This document shows, one piece after another, positions 11,212 to 35,753 of a stretch of 64,000 bases of DNA. Under the pieces are notes generated by a model. The model searched no databases. It had not been told where the DNA came from and was given only the letters and a program-made list of their open reading frames with translations. The translations under genes were made by a program, and so were the position numbers. The stretch is from assembly GCA_951406725.2 (NCBI GenBank), contig OX597816.1, forward strand, positions 139,624,001 through 139,688,000, read 5' to 3'. The DNA comes from Octopus vulgaris. Its lineage: Eukaryota. The first letter of the stretch is position 1. Every line of letters starts with the position of its first letter.

Positions 11212-11740
11212 GGTGGCTGCCCCCTCGTTATCGAGTATGGCCATTGCACGAAGTTTAATCAATGTTGTTATCGTGCAATGCCTGTGCAAGAAGATTTTTT
11301 TAAAGTGAGGAAAGGATGTGCACTGAGCCAATCCCACTCACTAAGCAACAGCAGCCATAATCCGAAAAGAAGAACAAGTCAACATCATCGGTAACCACTG
11401 AGCCGCAGGTTTTATATCGGAGTTATCCTAGTTACCTGAGTTACCTTCTCCTAGAAGGATGCCCTAACAAAGGCTAGAAGTCCTTCACTCCCAATGGTTT
11501 AACCGCGCGATCGGGTATTCAGTTCGATTATTTCTATGTCCACGCGCATGATACAGCCTTAAGACATTTATTGGATGGCCGTTGACTCTCAAGAGTTCCT
11601 TCGCCCTTTGACGGGTTTTGTTTTTCATCCCGCAGGGTGTCCAATAAACACCCTCTTCACCAAGCTTGCCGACGATCCGACCATGCAACAGGTTGTACTG
11701 GGTTACATGTTACCAGTTAGCACTCGAAAGTGACCTGACA
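11210..11740 (-). mobile_element. Non-autonomous bipartite RTE-type element, 5' UTR fused to 3' end (dup. ~21060-21590)
   Basis: Minus 5' part CTTGGTGAAGAGGG..GGCATCCTTCTAGGAGAAGGTAACTC is homologous to 62770-63080. The 3' end ACGAGGGGGCAGCCACCAT is shared with 38790-38835. No ORF. The RTE label is inference from UTR motifs. Confidence 0.55.
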
Positions 11741-11849
11741 TATACATACATACATACATATATATATAGTTTTATAATTTTATAATTTGGTGATAATCGA
11801 CAAATAGCAGTACCAGGCGAACATTGTGGATTTGCGGAATTATTATACA

Positions 11850-11930
11850 GTCCATGTATTTTTTATGTGGCACAAGTGGAAGTGCATTTTATGTGGCACC
11901 AGTGGTGGTACTTTTTATGTGGTACCACTC
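11850..11930 (+). repeat. Short minisatellite (TTTTATGTGGCACCAGTGG-like units)
   Basis: Three units here; the duplicate copy has an extra 21-nt unit at ~21702-21722. Confidence 0.7.
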
Positions 11931-13427
11931 TCTCTCCCACTCACTCATTTACTCTCTCTTGTTTTATATGTATGAGTTAGTATGTAACTTCCATTATATT
12001 GCATTCTGTGTAGTTGTGTATCCCTGTGTATATATTTATTTATATATTTATGCATTTTTCAGGACCGTATTCACTTATCAGCGTTTAGAGGTCTGTAGTT
12101 GCAAATGAACTGAAAATTGTATCGGTATTTTCCAAAACACACACACACACAAGCATATACACATATAAACACACACACGCGCAAGCATTTGCGTGCATAT
12201 ACATACATATACATATATGTATGTAAGTTTATATGAGTGTGTGTGTGTGTGACTGCGAGCAGTTCAGCCTGGAGAAGACTCTAGAATGAAATGTGTTCTC
12301 TCATAAAGCTTTCTCTAATGTCAAGGCAAGAAGAAACCGTAAAACTACAAAACCTTAAGGAGATTTACGCGTGTTTAGACAAGTCAGAATATTTACATTC
12401 TTTGAAAGGAAGATATGAAGCAAAAAGAATAAAGAAATACAATAATATCAAAAATAAAATTGAACAAAAAAAAAAACACCGTAATATATCATTAGATTGA
12501 AAGGATATACTTCGTGAACGATAAAACACCCAACGAATGAAATATCAGTTTGAATGGACGTGTAAAAGTGCAAAGCAAGCATCTGAAACAGTGTAGATTA
12601 ATATAGCTTCTTTGTATTTATTATTCCAGCCACGCTGAAGAATAGGCGCTATGATTGCTGCATAGTTTGTCTCAGATGTACATAAACACACATACAGAGA
12701 AATATGTATTATACAAGGATATAAACATGCACTGACATACAAACACAGACATATATATATACGTACAGTGGTTGCTACCAAAGTGACAGAGATCAGAGAT
12801 AATATCGAAATGAAGACTGTCCTCAGATATTGACAAAAAGCCTTTGGTTCTCAGATGGGTTTCTTCTGTTGTCACTCTAATAGATTGGTCAGTTATGCTC
12901 CTCTCAACTAACATCTGTTTGTCTTCATTGAATTCTCTTGCTACTTGTGTTTTTTTTTAATTTAGATAATGAGTTACAGATGTTCAAATTGAACATCAAC
13001 TATATCAACCTCATTATTGAGTACGTGTGAGTTACTGTGCGTAATTGCATATTGGTGTATTTCTTTCATAGATGTTCCATCGAGAATTATATTACACAAG
13101 TTGTCCATTTTTAAAGAGAGTAAGCTATAAATTGTAAAGAATTGGTTCTACTTCTAGAATACTGAGCGACTACTTAGGGCTTGTATATATATATATCCTT
13201 CGAAACGTTTAGTAGATGAAACTTCAGCGACTGAAGAAGGGGATTTTTCGTTGTGCTATTGTCCTGTATCTCCTTTTTTTGCCTGTCTTGTTCCTTGGTT
13301 TGTGTCTATGTTTTTCGTCTCTCTATGTGTTCGACGTCTTTTTGGTGTCCTGTACACATATATGCGTGTATATGTACATGTAGAGGTAGGTACGTACATA
13401 TATGTTTATATATATATATATTTTATT

Positions 13428-13469
<42 letters not shown>

Positions 13470-13560
13470 TAATCCAAACATGAAAACACAAAGAGAAAAC
13501 ACAACAACGCGAGGATGTGGAACAAGTATAGTATTATTAGACGCTCAGGAGAGAAGTGGG

Positions 13561-13595
13561 GTTTAACGTTTCGAGCAGAGCTCTTCGTCAGAAAC
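13561..13595 (-). ncRNA. Minimal type I hammerhead ribozyme, intact core (dup. 23364-23398)
   Basis: Minus strand: GTTT-CTGACGA-A-GAGC tct GCTC-GAAA-C-G-TT-AAAC. Stem III reduced to palindrome ACGT; predicted site GUU. Lies in a short repeat 13465-13655 related to 15015-15195. Confidence 0.8.
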
Positions 13596-13894
13596 ATAGG
13601 AAAAGGGAAGATCCAAAGAAGGGAAGACGGAGGGAAAAAAATTGCCAACGGTACAATTCTAGACATATTGGTAATTCTGGTCTTATTTTAGTACTAGCTT
13701 CGATTCACTACTTCTCAAACACTCTGGTTCCCCTTTATATAGAAATAACCCATATTTCCCTAGACCACTGTTACTTCACACTTTTGCCTATCGACTTCAA
13801 GATGGTATGATTTTAATATATTGAGCCTTCTGGCCTCTTCTCGGGGCCCTGTTCTTTCCTCTTCCCTTCGTTCATTTTATTATACGCTTTTGTA

Positions 13895-14012
13895 TTCACT
13901 CTGATGAAGCTCCATGTACTAGATCAAATATGCTATGGAGATGACGAATATTATTTTCAGAATTTCTTTCGTAAGCACCGACTAACATTGAAAGCGAAAA
14001 CGGCCAAAAGAA
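13895..14012 (+). ncRNA. Degenerate hammerhead-like motif (dup. ~23698-23815)
   Basis: CTGATGA-A-GCT...AGC-GAAA-ACGG-CC, compatible with a mutated GAAACCGGTC. Inner hairpin CTCCAT/ATGGAG. Stem I weak. Confidence 0.4.
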
Positions 14013-14254
14013 ATGTTATGTCATGTTTTGTATTAAATAATAATCAACCGATGTGGTTCAATTTGTTTGTTTGTTGATCAAAAGTTTTGATTCCTGATAA
14101 ACTTATGTTTACTCTGTTGTTACCTGTACCCTATGAGTATGGTGTACTTGCATACCGATTCCCAGTGATAGTACAGTTAATTGATACCGATAGTAAATAC
14201 AGATACTTTTCTATTATCCTTTAGACGGTTACTACAACCGCTAACTCTGCTTGC

Positions 14255-14326
<72 letters not shown>

Positions 14327-14483
14327 TTTAATTTATAAGGAAAGATCCAGAGAAATAGTTACCAGGGTAGCCAAATGCCACATAAGAAATTAGTAACCAC
14401 ACTTGAATGAGTGATATTTCCGAGGAAAAGTGACAGAGCATAAGAGAAATGGAAAACGAACACTTTTGTTTATAATCTCCTCC

Positions 14484-14563
14484 CTGATGATATTGATACA
14501 TTATTCCACACTAGTCTTCCTCTCGGATTAATTTAATGTATCAATCGAAATATATGTCAGTGA
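14484..14563 (+). ncRNA. Type I hammerhead motif with 12-bp stem II (dup. 24291-24370)
   Basis: CTGATGA-T-ATTGATACATTA...TAATGTATCAAT-C-GAAA-TATATG-TC. Core and GUC intact; stem I poorly paired. Confidence 0.65.
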
Positions 14564-14629
14564 TATGGTGATATAAATGATTTAAATCTTGTGCGTTAGT
14601 CTCCATTTTCCATTCTTTTATATAGATAT

Positions 14630-14896
14630 ATATGCCAATTAAATGTGGCGGTCTTATAGAAGACGGTGTTACTGTTGTTTTTAGCCCCAGGAAGACATCT
14701 CCAGCTGGCCAACAGCATACAGTCTGTGTTGGATTAGTATTTGGGAGGGAGGTCATCGCTCTCATCTCTAGCCTTACGTGATATACACAGACCCGAGTTT
14801 CTGGGTGTCGTTGATCAGCTGGAGATGTCTTCCTGAGGCTAAAAGCAACAGTAACACCGTTCTCTATAGGACATCCACATTTAGTTGGCAAATATA
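14630..14896. repeat. Fold-back element, ~80-bp arms, with hammerhead 3' half (dup. 24437-24703)
   Basis: ATATGCCAATTAAATGTGG..CCAGGAAGACATCTCCAGCTG is inverted at 14814-14896. Homologous to 7330-7530. Minus strand ACCCA-GAAA-CTCGG-GTC-TGTG at 14806-14786. Confidence 0.8.
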
Positions 14897-15093
14897 TTAT
14901 ACGATTCCATACTGTTACTGTTCAGAGATTTTATATAACTTATCTCAATCTTTATATATATCATATTATATTATATTATATTATATATCATATTATATAT
15001 ATACTTCAAATTTATAGAAAACCAAAGACGAATACATGCGTAGGAACAACAAGCAAGTGTATTAGTTTGACGCTCGGTAAAAAATGGAAGAGT

Positions 15094-15129
15094 CTTTTAC
15101 GTTTCGAGCCTACGCTCTTCAAAAGAAAG
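15094..15129 (-). ncRNA. Minimal hammerhead variant with altered core (dup. 24901-24936)
   Basis: Minus strand: CTTT-CTTTTGA-A-GAGC gtag GCTC-GAAA-C-G-TA-AAAG. Same family as 13561-13595; core is CUUUUGA instead of CUGANGA. Confidence 0.6.
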
Positions 15130-16157
15130 GAATAAGAGGAAATAAATAGAGAGAGAATGAAAAAAAACGTGTTGAGTTCAGTAGTCCATACATAAAAAAA
15201 AACTTGGAGACATAAGGTACGTTATATAAATCTGTCAAATTATTCTGTTTCCACTACATGAAACTATTAGCAGCTCGTATTTATTCCTGCGCATATATAA
15301 TTAAATTTATCATGCACTGGATGGTGGACTATTTTTGTTGATCCTACATATAATGAAACAGCAAACTACTATATATATATTATATATATGGTATATGACG
15401 TAACTTTCGATATTATATCTAAGATACACTACATATACCTCATTTATAATATATGTATAGTATATATTATGTCTCGTATAGTATATATTATGTATAGTAT
15501 ATATTATGTCCCGTAATATGTATGTATAGTATATAGTATGTCTCGTAAAACAATAGGTGTCCAAGAAACCAGTGGTGTTTTTTGTTGACTTGAAACTGCC
15601 ACACCGTATATTTAAGGCAACAATCTCTTATTTTGCATCTCTTCTTTTCACTACTAATCTTACCACCAACCTACCTTGTACCTCCCGTATCAATACGAAG
15701 CAATTTGGAAAGTCAGACAGTGTTACTAATTTCATTGGATACGGCATGAATAAATATAGGAAGTCTCATTTATGGAAGACCAAAATTAACTAGGATATAT
15801 TTTCAGTGTAAAAAATATCACTTCACCTGTTCATCAAAAAATTTCATTTACACCATTAAATGTAATGGAAGCAACAAAAGTTAAAGAGGACAAAGGTAAC
15901 ATGCATTTAGAAATTGGTTCAATATTCACAAGCAACAAATGCGATTTTATACTACCAGCTAGATTGCACTAAGTGAATATTTATGTCGCAAACACATCAC
16001 CAAAATTCCTAGTCTTCCAAATTTAACGTTATACTATTTTACATCACATCCTTACACATAAACACATGCATAACAATATGCACACATTCATACAAATATA
16101 TAAATTACAATACTTGCCAATAAGTAAATGATCTATTTCTCTAGTTTTAGCTGTTCT

Positions 16158-16257
16158 NNNNNNNNNNNNNNNNNNNNNNNNNNNNNNNNNNNNNNNNNNN
16201 NNNNNNNNNNNNNNNNNNNNNNNNNNNNNNNNNNNNNNNNNNNNNNNNNNNNNNNNN
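16158..16257. other. Assembly gap (100 N)
   Basis: Run of exactly 100 N, the conventional placeholder for a gap of unknown size. Confidence 1.
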
Positions 16258-25964
<9,707 letters not shown>

Positions 25965-26459
25965 GACAAACTGTTGAACATTTTAACACATGACACATTG
26001 GATTAACAAAGCGTGCACTTGTGATCCATACTACGAGATGATATGTTCACTAGTGGATTAAATTTTGGCGCAATTATCATTTATAGTTAGATGACTATTT
26101 GATCTCGCATCATTTTCAAGCGACTAAGCTGTACCTAATATGATGGCAATATTAGCCACTATTACTCAATGAAAAAAAACAAAGTCGAAGTCGAGACAAA
26201 TACAGCATGACTTCAAGTCTTGCAGTCTCTCACTACTTTTGAAAATTATGAAATTGGAGGTCCGATTAAGTAAATAAATTAAATACATTAGATAAATCCT
26301 GTTAGAAGTCCCCCAAAATATTTAGCTATATGTATATATATATATATATGAATGTATGTATAGAAGGATGGTTGTATATGTATGCATACGTATATTCGTG
26401 ACACAATTCGTCCAGTCATAAGTTTGCAAGTCTGGCATACACAGTAAGAAATTAAATAA

Positions 26460-26580
26460 TGTGGTGCCTTTATCAGCAAACATCTAACAGGAAACTTCGG
26501 TTAAGCCTTCTTTGCCATAATATCTTCTTTGCTTTAGGTAATAAAGCTTGCTAGAAACATAGCTTGCATCCGTACGAGAT
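26460..26580 (-). pseudogene. Possible hAT transposase fragment
   Basis: Minus-strand ASYVSSK..KAKK..FLLDV resembles the ASY..A..IAK.KK..E..LL segment of SPIN/Buster-type transposases. Frameshifted. Confidence 0.3.
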
Positions 26581-27630
26581 ATATTTAATGTAAGTATATG
26601 ACAGAATTATATTTTATAATATCCTATCTTTTAAGCCAAGAGTATTTTTTATATATTCCTGAAGCATGAATTTATTTATTACTTTTTGAACCCTCACTTT
26701 AAACGAAGTACACGGTAACATATTTTTGTTATGTGTGTGTATGTGTGTATGTATGTATGTATGTATGTATGTATGTATGTATGTATGTATGTATGTATGT
26801 ATGTATGTGTGTATGTATGTATGCATGTATGTATGCATGTGTGTGTGTGTGTGTGTAAGTATGTAGGTATATATATGTATATATTTTTATAATTTGTCAC
26901 AGACTTTCATTTATGTATTGTTGGCCGAATAAACGTTGAAAACTATTAATACTGCGCTGTTTCTAGTCTGAACCGATATATTTGACCTGTATGACAAGTG
27001 GGTGTGCATAGAATTAAATATAAGCGATAAATTTGATTGAGGCATCCGTATTGTATTGTGATTGGTAGAGCATAAAGCGAAGCAATTGCATTGTGATAAA
27101 TTGGCAATTAATAGTTTAACCATGCCAACTAATCACCATACTCCTTATAGCAGCCAATCCCAATCCAATGTCATTATTTTAGATCGCCTAATCAGTGAAT
27201 ACTTTCACTCAAAAACTATAACCACTCAACTACCCTAAGATCAAGGTAAGTACGAATAAGACGAGGATTCACACACAAGGTTTAATAAAACATATCAGAA
27301 CATCATACAAAAGTCAGATTCACTCTGCACATTGCTTGTCTCCTGGAAGTCTTCTTCTAACAGCGTCCTGATGTGAAAATTTTTAGTGCATTTCCTTTTG
27401 AGTGTTTCTCAGCTGTGCCACCATTCCTAGATTGTCAGAAATAGAAACTTTACAATTCTGCTGCCATTTGCGGTAAATATCTAATGGAACAAGTCTAGCA
27501 TATAAATGTAAAATTTGTATAGCAAATCATTCCAATGAGAGAATTTGTCTCCCTTGCTGTTTGTTTCATCACTTTCTGTATTTCAGTGGTTATTACCAGT
27601 TTTCGGAACATTCAGCCTTCGTTGCCGTTG

Positions 27631-29680
<2,050 letters not shown>

Positions 29681-29721
29681 TGATTATTATTATTATTTAT
29701 ATTGTTGTTGTTGTTTTTGTC

Positions 29722-29920
29722 TAAAGCTGTGAGCTGGCAGAATCGTTAGCACGCCGGACAAAATGCTTAGCGGCATTTCGTCCATATTTACGCCCTGAAT
29801 TCAAATTCTTCGAATGTCGACTTTTGCGTTTCATCCTATTCGGGGTCGAAAATGAGTATCAGTTGTGTATTAGGTCGATGTAATGGACCAAAACCTGGTA
29901 GCATTGTGCCAAAATTTCAA
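29722..29920 (+). mobile_element. SINE family A, decayed
   Basis: GAGCTGGCAGAATCGTTAGCACGCCGGACAAAATGCTTAGCGG..TTTCATCCTATTCGGGGTCGA. Confidence 0.8.
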
Positions 29921-30849
29921 ACTATTATTATCACCATCACCAGCACCAGCACCAGCACCACCATCACCACCACCACAGTTATCATCACCATCATCATCAT
30001 ATAACGTTCTTATTTTTTTCTTTTCTGTGGTTATCTTTTCTTTTGTTATTTATTCAGGTTTTAGTTTTCTATTCTGTCGGTGTTTTCAACTTTAGCATTC
30101 GGTAAGTATAACAAAAAAAAACAAGAAACAACAAACAAAAACAAAAGAAGAAGCTGTTTTCATGTATGTGTGTGTATGTGTGTGTGAGTAGTATATGTAT
30201 AATATGTATGTATTTTTAAATATATATATATGTATGTATATGTGTATGTGTGTATATGTATAAGTATATATATATATATATATATATACACCACACGCAC
30301 ACACATTTCCTTTAATTGTTGTCATCATAGTAATCTAAATCAACATTTGAGAATGGCAGTTGTTTCCTTGAAGCCTGATGTTTGCTGCATAGTATAACGA
30401 AATAATACACCCACAAATACTTTTAATACATCAACGTTCTTAATTACTAGTCGACGAACATTTTCGACTTTTACGTTCTTTTTTATATATCACTATATCT
30501 CCTTTCTCTATATATCTAGGTATGTAAATGTGCATATGTGTGCCGGTGTATGTATGTATGTATGTATGTATACGTACACGCACATGCCATCGGGCGTGCG
30601 CACACACGCACACACACACACATACACACACGCATACACAATCACAATCACACTCACACACACAAACGAACATACACACCTCATGTATTCTTTTTCTTCT
30701 AAAAATCTTCAGAGAAACCTACTAAGTTTATTTACGGCATTCTTGCCTCTTTCAGCTTGGATTGTTTATCACTAGTTGGTGTTGTAGCATTAACATCCGG
30801 GCTCTATGATTTATGGAATCATTTCATGCATGAAACAGGCTTGGATCTT

Positions 30850-30894
<45 letters not shown>

Positions 30895-31080
30895 TACATA
30901 CATACATACATACATACATACATACATACATACATACATACATACATACATACATACATACATACATACATACATACACACATTCATACATACATACATA
31001 CATACATACATACTTACACTCACGCATACACATGCACATATATATGTATGTATACATATACATACATGTATATACGTATG

Positions 31081-31141
<61 letters not shown>

Positions 31142-31714
31142 ACGTGTGTGTTTACACATATATTACTACTTATATAACAATATATATATGAATAGATGTG
31201 GATATACACATATGTATATATGTATATATTTATACATATATGTGTGTGTGTATATATATATATGTATATATTTATACATATATGTGTGTATATATATATA
31301 TATACACATATATATGCATATATGCACACATATAAGCACATACTTGAGCGTACATGGTTTCATTGGTGGCATTCGGTAAGAAAATCAAATAGAAACGAAC
31401 TTCTTTATAAACATGTTTGGGTATATACACGGACACGTACATACACACACGCACACATACACATACATGCACACATACACACACGCACGCACACAAACAC
31501 ACACATTGACTATGTAGACAGTACAGATATATATATAATGCCTATACACACAAACACAACGTGAGGCGAATGTTAAATTGTGATCAGACATTTATATGTG
31601 GGCCAAGGTGGATTCGAAACCAGAAAGACATTGTGCAATATATTTTTCCACATCAAACATTCTTCATTTTTTTATCCGAGTGGCATAAGTATGTAATGGT
31701 TTATGCTTTATGCA

Positions 31715-31789
<75 letters not shown>

Positions 31790-32247
31790 GTGTGTATGTG
31801 AGTGTGTGTAGTGTGTGTTGCGTGTTTGGTTATATATGCAAGCGGGCGTGTTTATTTTCTGATGTTTATGTGTACGTGAATACGCATCTTGTGATTTGTG
31901 CAAGTATCATGAGTTGAATTGAACGAGTATGTTACTAAATGACACACAAGTGTAATGTTAATTTTGATTTTAATTTTAAATGACTCTGAGGCTTTCATTT
32001 GCCTACCTGTATCTCTTCAGGCTTTTCCTCCAGTGTTAAGAGAGTAAGGAAAGAAAAGATAAGAAGAAAAGAAAATCGATATATATAATTCGTAAATGTT
32101 TTAAATTATCATAGACTGACTAATTTCAAGTTATTCTTTACTGAGAAGCTCTGAAGAAGGGCGAAATAGTGTTATCTACAACCACTAGGATATTTAAAAA
32201 GAAAAATAAACAATTGTGTTTTCTTACTCATAAGAAAAATACCTCTC

Positions 32248-32312
<65 letters not shown>

Positions 32313-32769
32313 TTGATCCCTATTCCTGAAAGCTAGGTTGATTGATTAGTGTTTTGTTGTCTAGGAATGGATCTAGTACCCATTCTCCTAGCATGATATG
32401 TTCATTGATGCACTGTAGGATGAGACTGAATCACATACATCTATTACTTACGCTTGACAGCCATTTGTAATGATTAACAAAACTGTGGTCTCAGATTCGA
32501 TCACACTGAACCGTATCCTGTACCTATTCTTGATGGCTTGGCTGAGAGTGAACGAGATTGATGTAGTATCTAGTTTGAGACTGATTGGTAACTTTTAATC
32601 CGGTAGTGTTCTGGTACCAAAAAGGAAAACTGATTAATGGAGGTTTATCTGTTAATTCGGATACTATTTATGACTGTTAGGCATACTGATTGTTCATTTT
32701 GTAATTAAATGTCGAATTTATATTTTTTTCTTTTTGGCCCATTTTATCTTTGTTTGAATTTTTGCCCCA

Positions 32770-32955
32770 TTTCAAAATGTGGCTCAAAGCCAGCAGTTTT
32801 AAAGAAGAGGAAATCAATTACATTGACCCCTACTGTTTAACTGGCACTTATTATCGACACCATAAGAATGAAAGGTAAAGTGAACCTCGGCGGAATTTGA
32901 ACTCAGTACTAAATACTTTTCCCCGGCGTACTAACGATTCTGCCAGCTCCCTACC
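32770..32955 (-). mobile_element. SINE family A, decayed
   Basis: Plus strand GATTCTGCCAGCTC and CCTCGGCGGAATTTGAACTCAG are reverse complements of the family A head. Confidence 0.75.
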
Positions 32956-35088
32956 TTCTTTTCTATTTATATATTATGGCTGTTATTTTACTGATACATA
33001 TCTGTCCTACATAGGGAAAAAAATTAAATTGTAAGCAGGGGAAACTGAACACAGTCTAGAGAGACAAAACGAAGTTAAATCTTTTATTTAGTTCAACATT
33101 CCAGGATTTTCATCGACCTAAGCTTATTTGCCCAATTAAGCTAATTTCCAGTTGCTGAAGTCAGTTTTCTTGAATCCTTTATAAAATTGAATATTATTAT
33201 ATGTTCTCGATGGCCAATTGGAGAGAGTAACGGAGAATCAGAAGACTGGTTTGTATTGTCCACAGACACTGCTTTATGCCTTTAGTCAAAACACTTATCT
33301 TTAAAGCGCTAATTCCAGCCGAAATATTCCAAAAGACCTCAGGGTTGTATTGTTCATCGTTAGCATAATAAAGTTCACGAGGTGATTCATAGAATTTCAC
33401 AGCTGAGTTCAGTTCCTTCTTGGGTAAATGTTACCCGCAGTGTACTTTTGCTATCTCCATGGGGAGATTGATTTTTATTTGATTAGCAGAAACGAAATTA
33501 GATATAAGAAGCCTCCCGTTGACTACATAGTACCGTAAGGAAACGAAGCCATATTTGTCGATTCGTTAATGATCTTCAAGAGATTAGAGCCAAGAGCCAC
33601 AATGACTGAAATTAACAATTGTAACATATTTCTTGTCGCAGCTTCCCTCCCACCACTGCCTCAGGCACATCCATTGCACAGAGACAAATATTTAAAAACT
33701 ACTGCTAAACCTATATAGTCATCTGAAAACTTTGTCAGGAACAGCTGATAGAAATATTAATATAGTTTAATTTAATGAGCTGTATGACTGTATTATTACA
33801 TTATCAGGCCAGTTTCGTGTTTTTCTATTTACATTATTCTCCTTTACTATTTAATTTATTTTTGTATTTGCAAAAGTGGCGCCTCTGAAAATCCGCTATG
33901 AGTTTTCGGTAAGCTAACTCTGAATATTATATAGCAATTAATATGACGCTGTTTTACTACGTCAGTAAATTTCACTGTTTGTTAAAGGTAATCTAACATG
34001 AGAAAACTTATCTGCGCAGAAGAACAATAAGCTGTAAATAAAAAAAGATGTTCAATACTGTTCTGGTATACTGTTCAGCCATGTGGCTGCGATCATGCTG
34101 GAACACCACCATATGCATGACTATGTTGAATAACGTAGTCATAAACATATTTCTAAAACATGGGGCAGCCATGATTGGAATGAATTTGATCATAGATTCA
34201 TTTAAGACGAAATAACAATCACAACAACAGCAGCAAGAAAAATCTAAATGGTTTCTTTCTATGATTTAAGTACACATATTGTATCATATCGTTCAATGTG
34301 AGTGTTTTTAGAAGCGATGCTGGTCGGACAAAAAATACCGATCTTAACGTTGTGGGCGTAGAAAGGTTGTTTTAACTTTTTTTATCGGAGTGTTGATGTG
34401 AAATGTTGTATTACTAGGGCTAGAAATTTTCTGGCTATATTAGAGGTTGAGTTCAAGATTAAAGGTGGATGATACCAAGCTACATTACCCTTTCCACTTC
34501 TCTTATGTGAATGCTTGAGGAATTTCTCCTTATATTTTAGCTTCTATCTGACGCCAATTCTAGTTAGCACAGAGATGGTGGACAGCGGCCCTGTTAAAAA
34601 TGCCCCTGTTCCAAGACAGATCAGATGCGGTCCTATTTTTTTCAGCTACATGGTAATCTTATATCTAGAGATTTATATAGTGTTCTTATCTGGTTTCCTG
34701 TATGCTGGTGTTTTCTTGAATATTGAATCTTGTCATACGGGTCTACGGAGGAAGTTGACTTTCGTAAAGCTATGTTTTATTTAAATCAAATCATTCCTCT
34801 TAACCATTCCTCTTAAAACATGCCTGAATCAATTCCTACTGTAGATTAACAAGACATCACATCCGCACAAACCGCAGCCATCTGGGATGATACGTTTTCT
34901 GAGGATGCCAAATATTTTAAATATTTCGTTGGAGACAAGTAACGCCTACACTATAAGATGCACTTGGTAGTTTTCTACGTACATGATGTGTGTATATGTT
35001 CCTGTATTCGCATACGCATGTTTGTGCGGTTGTATATACGTATACATCCATTCATCCATATAGATATGTGTGTGCGTGTGTACATATA

Positions 35089-35153
<65 letters not shown>

Positions 35154-35341
35154 ATATATTCGTATATACATATATATACTTGTATACATATATATATGCA
35201 TATATGCACATGTATAATGATGTGTAAGAATATGTTTTAATACAAAAAATGTGGACGAATGCATGTATTAAAATTTGCGTATGTGTAATTTTTTAGAAAT
35301 ATTGGTAGTATACATAACGGATATTCGCATGCATGTATATA

Positions 35342-35458
<117 letters not shown>

Positions 35459-35697
35459 ATACAAACGTGTATAAAAATATGTTCATAGGTACACATGTGC
35501 GTAAGTGCATGCGCGTTTATAGTAAACATATTTATTTGTGACTGCATGGATGTAATACGCACCTTCATACGGAAATGCATAAACATGCATTTGTGTGTGT
35601 GAATGTGTGTGCATACGAAAAATCTACATCAACGTATTTATAAATACACAAATGTATGCATGTGTGCATATATATATATGTATATATATGTGTATGA

Positions 35698-35753
<56 letters not shown>

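Noticed and set aside
32151-32180. CTGAAGA-AGGGC-GAAA
   Set aside because: No room for stem II and no stem I/III pairing.
33197-34200. Weak transposase-like peptides (LCAMDVPEAVVG, VVFQHD)
   Set aside because: Likely very old hAT/Tc1 debris, but too short and fragmented to call.
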